Below are positions 18,630 to 33,984 of a stretch of 64,000 nt of DNA, one piece after another (the first letter of the stretch is position 1; each line of letters begins with the position of its first letter). The position numbers and the translations under genes were made by a program. The notes beneath the pieces were generated by a model. That model saw only the letters and a list, made by a program, of their open reading frames with translations. It was not told the DNA's origin and made no database searches. The DNA lies in the NCBI RefSeq assembly GCF_009914755.1, contig NC_060946.1; one strand, given 5' to 3'. This stretch comes from the human T2T-CHM13v2.0 reference genome, Homo sapiens.

Positions 18630-18740
18630 ATGGGAGCCCGACGGAAAACTGCGCTAAAGGCTTGTCTTTCCCCTGCCCGACCGAAGGAGCCGACCTTGCC
18701 TGCGCTACAGCTTCCTTATTTTCGTCGCCTGTTCTCCTGA
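18630..18740 (+). other. uORF in presumed RIBC2 5' UTR: MGARRKTALKACLSPARPKEPTLPALQLPYFRRLFS* (36 aa)
   Basis: ATG at 18630 (GTCAATGG) and TGA at 18738-18740, 33 nt before the main ATG and in the same frame. Confidence 0.7.
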
Positions 18741-18773
18741 TCCTGCGTGTTCTAAAAACCCCTTAGGCTTTCC

Positions 18774-18902
18774 ATGGGTTCCCAGACCATGGCGGTGGCG
18801 CTGCCCAGGGACTTGCGGCAGGACGCCAACCTGGCAAAGAGGAGGCACGCGGAGCTGTGCAGGCAGAAGCGGGTCTTCAACGCCAGAAACAGGATAATTG
18901 GG
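18774..18902 (+). CDS. RIBC2: RIBC2 coding exon 1 (129 bp): MGSQTMAVALPRDLRQDANLAKRRHAELCRQKRVFNARNRIIG
   Basis: In-frame ATGs at 18774 and 18789; RIB43A-family R-x-FNARNR-x-IG motif; donor GGG|GTGAAA. Confidence 0.93.
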
Positions 18903-19208
18903 GTGAAAGGGCAGGGGCCGGGACGGGGTTAGAGCGGCAGATGCGGGCGAGGGGCTGCGTGGAGGGGGAAAGGAGATGAGTTCTAGGATGAAACATCTGA
19001 GCCAGGAGGCAGCAAACGGCCTCCTGCAGGGCCAATAATGCTCCCTCTCGAGCTTGCCTGGAGTCACCAACGGTTCTCCTCCCCTGAGCCAGATTTTCTA
19101 CAACTCGTTTACAGTGGGGCAGAGATTAAAAATAATAATAAGTAGGATTGTTATTACTGAATAAAATGATCTGGCTCTAACCCTTCTCCTCTGTTTTTCC
19201 ATTTATAG

Positions 19209-19290
19209 GGAGACACTGAAGCCTGGGATGTTCAAGTTCATGACCAGAAGATAAAAGAAGCTACTGAAAAAGCTAGACATGAAACCTTTG
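19209..19290 (+). CDS. RIBC2: RIBC2 coding exon 2 (82 bp): GDTEAWDVQVHDQKIKEATEKARHETF
   Basis: TTATAG| acceptor, G|GTGAGC donor; in frame. Confidence 0.94.
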
Positions 19291-19341
19291 GTGAGCATTT
19301 CCTGAATGCTTATCTATTGGTTTAGGATTGTGTGGCTTTAG

Positions 19342-22415
<3,074 letters not shown>

Positions 22416-22478
22416 AATGGATTCAAATTTATTTTTCCTCTGAATCCTAAGCTTATGGATATGCTGTATCTCTTCCAG

Positions 22479-22823
22479 CTGCTGAAATGAGGCAAAATGA
22501 CAAAATCATGTGCATATTGGAAAACCGGAAAAAGAGGGATAGGAAAAATCTCTGTAGGGCTATCAATGACTTCCAACAGAGCTTTCAGAAGCCAGAAACT
22601 CGCCGTGAATTTGATCTGTCCGACCCCCTAGCCCTTAAGAAAGATCTTCCAGCCCGGCAGTCAGATAATGATGTTCGGAATACGATATCAGGAATGCAGA
22701 AATTCATGGGAGAGGATTTAAACTTCCATGAGAGGAAGAAATTCCAAGAGGAACAAAACAGAGAATGGTCTTTGCAGCAGCAAAGGGAATGGAAGAACGC
22801 CCGTGCTGAACAAAAATGCGCAG
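22479..22823 (+). CDS. RIBC2: RIBC2 coding exon 3 (345 bp): [15 protein letters not shown]...RREFDLSDP...[11 protein letters not shown]...EQKCA
   Basis: TTCCAG| acceptor, CAG|GTAA donor; RIB43A motifs RREFDLSDP and QKFMGEDL. Internal Met74 at 22487 would give a 309-aa form. Confidence 0.96.
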
Positions 22824-22872
22824 GTAATGAAACAGAAGAGACGAGCTGGTCTCAACGCTCTCTTCAACAAAC

Positions 22873-22945
22873 CAACCCTACAGTTGTTTTTTTTTTTAAG
22901 CAACCCTACAGTTTTTTTTTTTTTTTAAGCAACCCTACAGTTTTT
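22873..22945 (+). repeat. Three-copy tandem repeat CAACCCTACAGT(T)nAAG
   Basis: Directly visible, 50 bp downstream of the exon 3 donor. Confidence 0.9.
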
Positions 22946-23649
22946 GTGGGATTTGTTTAAAGTCCTACCAATGTGCACAGACAGCCACATGCTACTTTGG
23001 CCCTGTGGGGAAAGAAAAGTCAGAGCCTGCCCTCCAGGAGGGAAACACCTGCAATGACACCTCAGTCATGTGGAAAACACTTTCCGTGTCGGGGTCCCAG
23101 TTGGATGCCGGCGTGCAGAGGTAACTCAGAATCGGTCCCTGCCCTCCCAGTCTGCGGGGAAGGTGAATGGGAAAGATGCAGGTCTTCCTGAGTCTCTTGG
23201 GTGCTGTGGTAGAAATTCCTACAGGGGACTTTGGGGGTGTAGTTGCAGGCATGGTGGTCACATGCCCTCACCAGGACTCCCCAAGCCCAGGGAACCTCTT
23301 GGGCAAAGGCTCCAAGGCATGAAACAGCCTCTCATTGAGGGAACTGCAGAAAGCCCCATGTGTCCTCACTGAGGTCAGCAGCATTCTGCTCTCCCAGCTC
23401 CTCTTCATGCCTGCACTCGAGCAGCACTGACCCGCCCAGCCACTTCTGTGCCGGAAAGACCGGGTAACGAAGACGACAACATCCCTGCTCTCTTGGGGTG
23501 TGTCAGCGGGTGATGGAATAGTGAGGAGCTACGAGGAAGACAAAACAGGGACCAGGCACAGAGAGGAATGCACTCCGCCTTCTTGAGCGCCTCCTCTCTG
23601 CTTGTTAGTTTGCAGTCTCCTTGCTCGGCCCATCCTCCTCCCAGCCTCT

Positions 23650-25780
<2,131 letters not shown>

Positions 25781-25790
25781 TGTGGAGTTT

Positions 25791-26172
25791 GGCCAGGTGC
25801 AGTGGTTCACACCTGTAATCCCAGCACTTTGGGAGGCCGAGGTGGGTGGATCCCCTGAGGTCAGGAGTTTGAGACCAGCCTGGCCAACCTCTGCCTCCCA
25901 GGTTCAAGTGATTCAACACTGTTCTTACTTTGGGAGGCCAAAGTGGGCAAATCACGAGGTTAGGAGTTCAAGACCAGCCTGGCCAACATGGTGAAACCCT
26001 GTCTCTACTGAAAATACAAAATTAGCTGGGCGTGGTGGTGCGCGCCTGTAATCTCAGCTACCCCGGAGGCTGAGGCAGGAGAATTGCTGGAACCCAGGAG
26101 GCAGAGGTTGCAGTGAGCCAAGATGCACCACTGCACTCCAGCCTGGGCAACAGAGCGAGACTCCGTGTCAAA
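25791..26172 (+). mobile_element. Rearranged AluS carrying an inserted inverted segment and a partly duplicated left arm
   Basis: 25885-25999 is the reverse complement of 29780-29894 (2 mismatches). Confidence 0.85.
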
Positions 26173-26457
26173 TAATAATAATACTATTATTATTAATACT
26201 ATTATTAATAATAATTAAATAATTAATTATTATTTAAATGCCACCTATAGGCCATCATTTCCCAGGTTTATACCTCCAGCCTGGACTCTTCCCTGAATCC
26301 AGACTCATAAATTCATCTAACTTCTCTTGGATGTCTAATGCACTTGGATGTCTAATTAATTATTATTAATAATACTATTATTATTAATAATAATAGTATT
26401 ATTAATAATAGTATTATTAATAATAGTATTATTATTAATAATAATAATGTTATTATT
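26171..26457. repeat. AT-rich palindromic low-complexity tract interrupted by a 114-bp copy of 24017-24130
   Basis: Directly visible; perfect palindrome at 26361-26410. Confidence 0.9.
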
Positions 26458-27123
26458 CTGCAAAGGAGGTATGTCCTGCTTCACAGGTAAGGACACAGGC
26501 TCAGCAAGGCTAAGTAATAGTTGAGGTTAACAGAGCTCGGAAATGTCTGGGCTGGGATGTGAGCCTCCTCTGACTCCAAATCTTCACATTTTGCTTTTGG
26601 ACCTTCTACCTTGACCCCTTCACCTCCTACTCTTCCTCTTTCTCTTACTCATTGGCCTGACCAAGTCCTCCTGCCACTCCACAGTATCTGTCATCTGGCC
26701 CCACTTCCTCCATAGAGTCCTGTCTGGTTTCTTGCTCTTTCACTTCTGGATTCTGCTGAATCCTTTCCCAAAACCTCTGCACCTGCTCCCAACCCACTTC
26801 TTTTGTCCTGCAGGTCTCAAACGTCATTTCTTGGGGCTGTAGAGTATCTCTTGCCCACTGTAAGGATGTAGCTGCCTCAGGATAGAGCAGGACAGCAAGG
26901 GGCACACCACCAGCCTGTCCCAGGACCCCAGCATAGTAGTGATCACTAGCACTCATCTGGGAGCTTGACTCTCCCACAGCCTTCAGAGGCAGGTCCTGTC
27001 ATTATTGTTCCCGTCCTCATGCTCATGGCTAAGGACGTGGTAGGAGGCAAAGGCACGAACGGCCACACGTGGGAAGGTGCTCCTGTGGCCAGGTCGATCT
27101 GATTGCTTCTTGCCTCCTTTCAG

Positions 27124-27242
27124 AGGCCCTCTACACAGAGACAAGGCTGCAGTTTGACGAGACAGCCAAGCACCTCCAGAAGCTGGAAAGCACCACCAGA
27201 AAGGCAGTTTGTGCATCTGTGAAAGACTTCAACAAGAGCCAG
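27124..27242 (+). CDS. RIBC2: RIBC2 coding exon 4 (119 bp): EALYTETRLQFDETAKHLQKLESTTRKAVCASVKDFNKSQ
   Basis: CCTTTCAG| acceptor, CAG|GTAT donor; phase 1 to 0 fits both neighbouring exons. Confidence 0.93.
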
Positions 27243-27799
27243 GTATAGGTACTCCGCGACCTCGGGCTCGACGACTGGAGGGGAGGATGAGCCCACTACG
27301 GCTTCCCAAGGCTCTCCGGCTTCCCTGGGATCCCAGTCTCAGCCTGCTCCCTGGTCACATGACCGGCCCTGACAGAGACCCTGATGGGCTGCCTGATGAC
27401 AGAGATGGATGAGACCCAGTCCTGTGCCTTAGCTCTGAATCTTGGAGGGAAACCTGCCAAACTAGCCATGTAACCTGGGGAAGTCAGCTCACCTTTCTAC
27501 ACCTCGGTTTCTTCTTCTGTAACATGAGGATGGTGACATCCACCTAGACTGTTACCGCCTAGCTCTGCTCCACTGCCTGGTGCTGGTTTCCATTCTTCCC
27601 ACCTCTCAGACTTCCCCTTTACTGAGAACAGCTACTTGGATGCTCACCGATGGCAGGGATGATGAAGAAGATCATAATGAGCTCGAACACTGGGGCCTCC
27701 TGAGACCTCCCGCCTCCTCTCTAAACTCTGGCCCCCCTCCTCCCACACACTCCCCTCCCCTCCAACCTGATGCTGAAATTGCTGAAATAGGTTCTTCTT

Positions 27800-28091
27800 T
27801 TTGTTTCTTTGGTTTTTTTGTTTGTTTGTTTTTGAGACAGGGTCTCACTCCATCACCCAGGCTGAAGTGTAGTGGCACGATCATGGCTCACCGCAGCCTC
27901 GACCTCCCAGGCTCAGATGATCCCCCCACCTGAGCCATCCAAGTAGCTGGGACTACAGTCACGCGCCACCATGCCCAGCTAATTTTTGTATTTTTTTGTA
28001 GACACAGGGTTTTGCCATGTTGCCCAGGCTGGTCTCAAACTCCTGAGCTCAAGCAGTCCTCCCGCCTCAGCCTCCCAAAGTGCTGGGATTA
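27800..28091 (-). mobile_element. AluJ
   Basis: Diverged antisense Alu. Confidence 0.85.
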
Positions 28092-29575
28092 CCACATCTG
28101 GCCCTCTTTTCGTTTTGGAAATTAGAGCTCGCCCCCCTGCCTCTCCCTCCCCCCACAAGGTTTTCTTTTCGAATGCAATTCTGTTTTCTGGTGGGTGGGG
28201 ACTTTGCCTGGGTTCATTGATCAGGTTCGCTCGTCAACTAGAACTATGGTCCCCAAAGAAGGCTGTGCAGGATCTGTGGGAGAGCAGATACCAGAGCCCT
28301 GCTTTATATTCATTTTTAACCTCATCACTTTTGATTTCCATGTACATGTGTAGTTATAAGCATGTGCTATCATTAAGGTATAGTAGTACCATGCTGTGAA
28401 CTAAATATATTGGAGATACAAGCTCAAAACTGTCCTGGTGGAGGCAGGCAGTCAAAAATCCCAGAGAGGCTGGACCAGACACCAGAGAATGTGGGTTTTC
28501 AACACGGGGGAGAGGAATGAGGAGAGCCAACTGCGGGGGCTGGGGAGGACCAAAAGGCAAAGCAAGACACCTGAAGTCCGAGCTCACCACCCAGTGAGCT
28601 GCAAAGGTCTTAGAGATCATCCATCCCTGCCCTTCATTTTACAGAGGGCGACCAAAGAGGGGAGGCTGTTTGCTCCAGTCCCCACTGCAAGTGAATGGCA
28701 GGATGTGGGGCCCTTGACAATTAGTCCACTGTTGGCTGGTGATCTGCTCATTCATTTATGGAAGCGATGGTGATGATGATGATGATAATTCACTCATTCA
28801 TTCATCAATTCAACCAATGTTTATTGAGCCCTTCCTGCTGGGCATTGGAGTGGCTTTTGCTAAACCCTATTGTCTCATTCATCAATTTATTCATTCATAT
28901 ATTCTAGAAGATGTTTAATGGGCATCCACAGCCTGCCTGGTTTTCTCAGACCCCCGGCTCCTCACGTGGATGCCACGAGGCAGCACCATTGCAAACACTC
29001 CTGCACTGGGAAAAGCCGCCCTCTGGCTTCTGCAGCTCTGCTACTAACTACAACTAGGCTTTTTAATTAACCTGGGATGTTAATCCAAAGCCCAAGCAGG
29101 CCGGTCCAGTTCAACAGGAAGGACACACGTGAGGGCCTCCAGTTCTTGGGTCGGGGCTCATTTCGTCAGAGAGGCATTGTGGCATCAGGGTGTGGCACGC
29201 AGGCTCTGGAGCCCGACCACACGGGTGCAGACCAGGCTCTGCCCTGCAGCCTTGGGCAGGCCACCCACTGCGTCCATTTGATCATCTGCAGAATGAGGAA
29301 GCGACAACACCCTCCTGTGTCGGTCAGAATGTGCTAACCCTTGCTGGGATAAGAAGCAGCAGTCTCAGTGGCTTAAACAGAAAGTTGATGTTCCATGCAT
29401 GCTCCCTGCCCGCCATGGACAGGCTGTGAGGCCTGTTCCTTGGCATCCTCACTTTGGAGCCCAGGTCCTGGGATGGAGCGACCGCCAGCCAGAGGATCCC
29501 TGCAGGAGGAGGGAAGGAATGTGGCTAGTCCCCGCAGGCTTCCTCCCAGGAGCAGTACTGCCACCTCTGCTCACA

Positions 29576-29987
29576 TTTCTTTTTTCTTTTTTTTTTTTTT
29601 TTTTTGAGGTGGAGTCTTGTTCTCTTGCCCAGCCTGGAGTGTGTAGTGGCGCGATCTTGGCTCACTACAAGCTCTGCCTCCCGGGTTCACACCATTCTCC
29701 TGCCTCAGCCTCCCGAGTAGCTGGGATTACAGGCCTCTACCACCACGCCCAGCTAATTTTTCTATTTTTAGTAAAGATGGGGTTTCACCATGTTGGCCAG
29801 GCTGGTCTTGAACTCCTGACCTTGTGATTTGCCCACTTTGGCCTCCCAAAGTAAGAACAGTGTTGAATCACTTGAACCTGGGAGGCAGAGGTTGCAGTGA
29901 GCCGAGATTGTGCCACTGCACTCCAGCCTGGGTGACAGAGCGAGACTCTGTCTCAAAAAAACAAACAAACAAACAAACAAAAAAAAA
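29576..29987. mobile_element. Head-to-head fused Alus: antisense Alu (to 29852), 12-bp spacer, sense Alu 3' fragment (from 29865)
   Basis: ...GCCTCCCAAAGT-AAGAACAGTGTT-GAATCACTTGAACC... Confidence 0.85.
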
Positions 29988-30781
29988 CGGGTGTAGGGGC
30001 TTGGAAGGATGAGCTGACTTCCTTAGGGAGTACTCAGTGGCAAGTCCGGTATTGAAGTTGGGCCTGTCTAACTACAAAGCTTGTACTGTGTGACTCAATC
30101 AAGCTGGCCTCTGGTGAGCACATGTGGGAGGCCGGCTCCTTGCAAACTGCCCTGTCCATGTGTTACTGAGGACAACTGTAAACCCAAGTACATGTCTCCT
30201 AAGCCATCTCCTGACTTTACAGAGAAATGACTGCAGCCCAGAGAGGGGAGGTGACTTGGTATAGGCCACATAGCCAGGGAACCCCCAGGGAATCAAACAG
30301 AAATGAGACCTGGAATTACTTTGTACTGGGGGCTGCAGCTCAGGACCACTGAAGTGACAGTGCATTTTCTACCACTGTTGTCAATCACTCTGTTGAGCGT
30401 TCTTTGCAGCCCACAGATGTCCAAGGGTTGCCAGGGGCATAGAGCCCTGCCTTGGGTGGGACCAGGCCCACTCGGGGTGTCGGCCTAATCCAAGGAGGGA
30501 GTTCCCTGCCTTGGTAAGTTGGTGCAAGACCCGGAGCTCTTATGCATACACCCAACAGGTGGTGATCCCCCGAGTCCAGCCCACCCGCCCAGCAGTGCGC
30601 AGGCAGCCAGGGGTTCAAGGACCCACCCACATCCGTGCCTGACAAGTCTCCCCTCCACCCGACTCCTGCTGCCCTTAGCATATCCTCCCCTCGAGGGCCC
30701 CCAGTGAGATTTGCTGGCCTGGGTGTCAGAATGCCCCTGGGGTCACTCGGACCATCTTCTTTAATGTCTTCACCTGCTTAG

Positions 30782-31009
30782 GCCATCGAGTCAGTGGAAA
30801 GGAAAAAGCAAGAGAAAAAGCAAGAACAAGAGGACAACTTAGCCGAGATCACCAACCTCCTGCGTGGGGACCTGCTCTCCGAGAACCCGCAGCAGGCAGC
30901 CAGCTCCTTGGGGCCCCACCGCGTGGTCCCTGACCGCTGGAAGGGCATGACCCAGGAGCAGCTGGAGCAGATCCGCCTAGTCCAGAAGCAGCAAATCCAG
31001 GAGAAGCTG
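30782..31009 (+). CDS. RIBC2: RIBC2 coding exon 5 (228 bp): AIESVERKKQ...DLLSENPQQAASSLGPHRVVPDRWKGMT...QEKL
   Basis: TTAG| acceptor, CTG|GTGAC donor; RIB43A motifs LSENP and PDRWKGM. Confidence 0.96.
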
Positions 31010-31129
31010 GTGACTGCCCCGCCCCTTTTTCCAGAGCCCATAGAGCCAGGCTCTTTGCTCCCACTGCCTTCCAGGCACAAATGTAGTTGTAGCAGGCCTT
31101 GTGCTCTGCCCTAGGACCTGCCCTCAAGG

Positions 31130-33420
31130 AGTTTCCCTTCTAGTCGGTGGGAGACAAGAGCCAGATAGTGTCACACCCGTATGATGTGGCATTAGGAGTA
31201 GGAGTGCCAAGATAGAGGACAGTAGAATGGGAAGACATTGAAGCAAAGACCCAAAAGAGGGTAGGGAGGGAGCCATGTGTCTACCTGGGAAAAGGGCGAC
31301 CGGGCAGGGTGAGCTGCAAGGGCAAAGGCCTTGAGGCAGGACCCTGCCAGACCTGCTCAGAGAAGGGCGTGGAGCCTGGTGACTAGAGTGGAGTGAGGAG
31401 AGGGGCAGGTACGGAGGCCTCAGAGGCAGACGGTCGAGGTCCTGGCAGTCCACTGGGGAGGACTTTGGCTTCTTCTGTGACGGAGACGGGGAACTCTGCA
31501 GGGTTTTGAACAGAGAAGTGACAGGATCTGACTTAGGTTGAACAGGATCCCCAGCGTGATCCCCCTGGATTGAGGGCAGACACTAGGGGCTGAGGGGGAA
31601 GGAAGGAGATCTCCAGGAAGGCCTTTGCAGTGTTCACAGTGAGAGGTGATGCTGGCTGGGACCACGGGGCAGGCAGTGGGGGTGCTGAGCAATGGTCAGA
31701 TTCTGGATCTGTTTTGAAGGTAGAGTCGACAGGATTGGATGCATGATTGGGTGGGGACGTGTGAAAGAGAGGAGTTAAAGGCGACTCTAGGTCCTGTGGC
31801 CTGAGCAACTAGAGGGATGGAATTGGCATTTCCAGAGATGGGGAAGGTGGTGGGAGGAGCAGGTTGGTGGGTGGGGAGGGGTGGAAATCAGAGTTACAAT
31901 TTTGGATACGTCAAGTGTGCAAAGTCCATTAGATATCTGTATCTATTAGGATTACATTTGCCTGAATGTGGCAGAAAACCACACATAACAGCATCTTAAA
32001 CAAAATAGAACTTTCTCTCTTGCAAGTAGACTAAATCCTCAGGAAAACAGTCCAGGGCTGGTATGGCAGCTCTGTGGTCATTGACTGATGTCCTGCTATC
32101 CTTGGCTCCTGGCTCTCACTTCTTAGTGCAAGATGGCTGCTTGAGCACCAGCCATCACATGCATAGTCCAGCTACCAGGAAGGAGGAATGGAGAACACTC
32201 TAAGGAGATTTCCACTTACATTTCACTGGACAACACTTAGTCACAAGGTTGCCCCTAACTCTAAAGAAGTCAAGGAAATGTGTTTATTCCAGACAGTGAA
32301 GTGCTGGTGATTGTTTTACTAAAGAAGAACGAAAAATGGTTACTGGGAGACAAGTAGTATTTTCTGCCACAATCTCCAATTAAAGCCCAGGAGGCAGCTG
32401 GATATGTAACATAGGGCTCAGAACAAGGTCTGGGCCAGAGGCATAAATGTGAGTCGTCACCTACAGAGAGAATGTATGCATGTATTTTGAGACAGTCTCA
32501 CTCTATCACCCTGGCTGGAGTGCAGTCATGCAGTCTCGGCCCACTGCAACCTCTGCCTCCTGAGTTCAAGCGATTCTCCTGCCTCAGCCTCCCCAGTAGT
32601 TGGGATTACAGGCATGCACCACCACACCCAGCTGCTTTTTGTATTTTTTGTAGAGGTAGGGTATCGTCATGTTGGCCAGGCTGGTCTCAAACTCCTGGTC
32701 TCAAGTGATCCACCCACCTCAGCCTCCCATAGTGCCGGGATTACAGGCGTGAGCCACCATGCCCGGCCCTACAGAGAGTATTTAAAGCTGAGGACTGAGT
32801 CCTGCTCCCACCTCCCCAGCACCCCCCTTCTCACCACCACTGTTGATAAAGAGCAAAGGCATCTGAGAAGGGGCCGCCAGGGAGGTGGACAGATGCAAGC
32901 CGTGGTTTCCTGGAGGCCAAGTGAGGAAAGGTGTTTGGGAGGGAAGGAGAGGGGAACCCCTGGGTCAAACGCTGCTGCCATGCTCAGGCTAAACGCTGGA
33001 TCCAGCACCATGGCAGTCACCAGGGACCCTGTCAGGAAGGAGCATGTTTGGCAGAGGAGTGGGGCTGCCAGCCTAATGGGCTCAAGAGAGAACAGGCAGG
33101 AAACGAATGGAGATGGCACATGCAGACAGCACTTACAAGGCGTTTGCTGTAAAGGGTGCAGAGAAATGGAGTAGGAGCTGGTGGGGGCCATGAGGTGAAG
33201 GGAAAGTTTTTGTTTGTCTTGATTGTAGAAATAACAGCATGCTTGTCATTCAGCCGGAGTGATGCAGTAGAGGGGGAAATTGATGCCAGAGGAGAGACTT
33301 GCTGGAGCCGTGTCCCTGGGCTGCAGGAGAGCGAGGGACATGGAGTGCTAGTTGAGGGCTTGGTGTGGCCTCTGGGAGCTCAGAGCCATCACTGGAGTCA
33401 CGGGAAGGGGCATCAGGGCG
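31130..33420 (-). mobile_element. L2 remnants with an MLT1 fragment (~31935-32370) and an antisense Alu (~32485-32767)
   Basis: Antisense L2 motifs (CAAGGGCAAAGGCCTTGAGGCAGG; GGTCAGATTCTGGATCTGTTTTGAAGGTAGAG). Confidence 0.65.
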
Positions 33421-33652
33421 GGAGCTTGCGGGTGAACAGAATTGAGACCTGAGTTGATCTGTACTGGGGGCTGTGGCTCAGGACCACTGAAGTGACCGTC
33501 ATTTTCTACCTTTTAGAAGTAGAACTGAGCAGGGCCGGGGGGAGTTAGTGCTAAGTGGTCATCTAGAAGAGCTGGAGAGGGAACAGCCTGGAGGAAGGGG
33601 ACAGGATGGTCAGACAGTGCCCAGGGCCCACTAGGGGGTCATAGTCAGATGA

Positions 33653-33700
33653 CTGGGTCACCCCATAGGTCTGGGTCACCCCATAGTCTGGGTCACCCCA
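33653..33700. repeat. Three-copy 17-18 bp tandem repeat CTGGGTCACCCCATAG(G)T
   Basis: Directly visible. Confidence 0.9.
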
Positions 33701-33984
33701 GAGAGCACTGTCAGGGTGTCCCCCACCATGCTTAGCCAGATTCATTGTGGTCACCGCCTGCCTGATCAAGTGAAGGACTCAGGGGGCCGAGGGTATTGGC
33801 CTGGGAGCATCTGCCATGAGACGAACCAGGGGGCCAGAGAGAGATTGGAAAAGTGGCGGCCAGCAGACTGGAGGTCACACTTTGCGGGGGGCATAATCAT
33901 TGGAATCAGGGACTTGGAGAGAGAGTGGAAGAGACAGGTTAGAGCAGTGAGACTGTTATTGGTAATGACAACGGAAGGGTGGAG

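Larger units (their letters stand above)
17830..19050. promoter_or_regulatory. CpG island / bidirectional promoter shared by SMC1B and RIBC2
   Basis: High GC and CpG density; divergent ATGs at 18454 (-) and 18774 (+); boundaries approximate. Confidence 0.9.

Noticed and set aside
18012-19070. Several overlapping 60-199 aa ORFs in the CpG island
   Set aside because: Stop-poor GC-rich DNA; the real first exons are the 109-bp and 129-bp segments.
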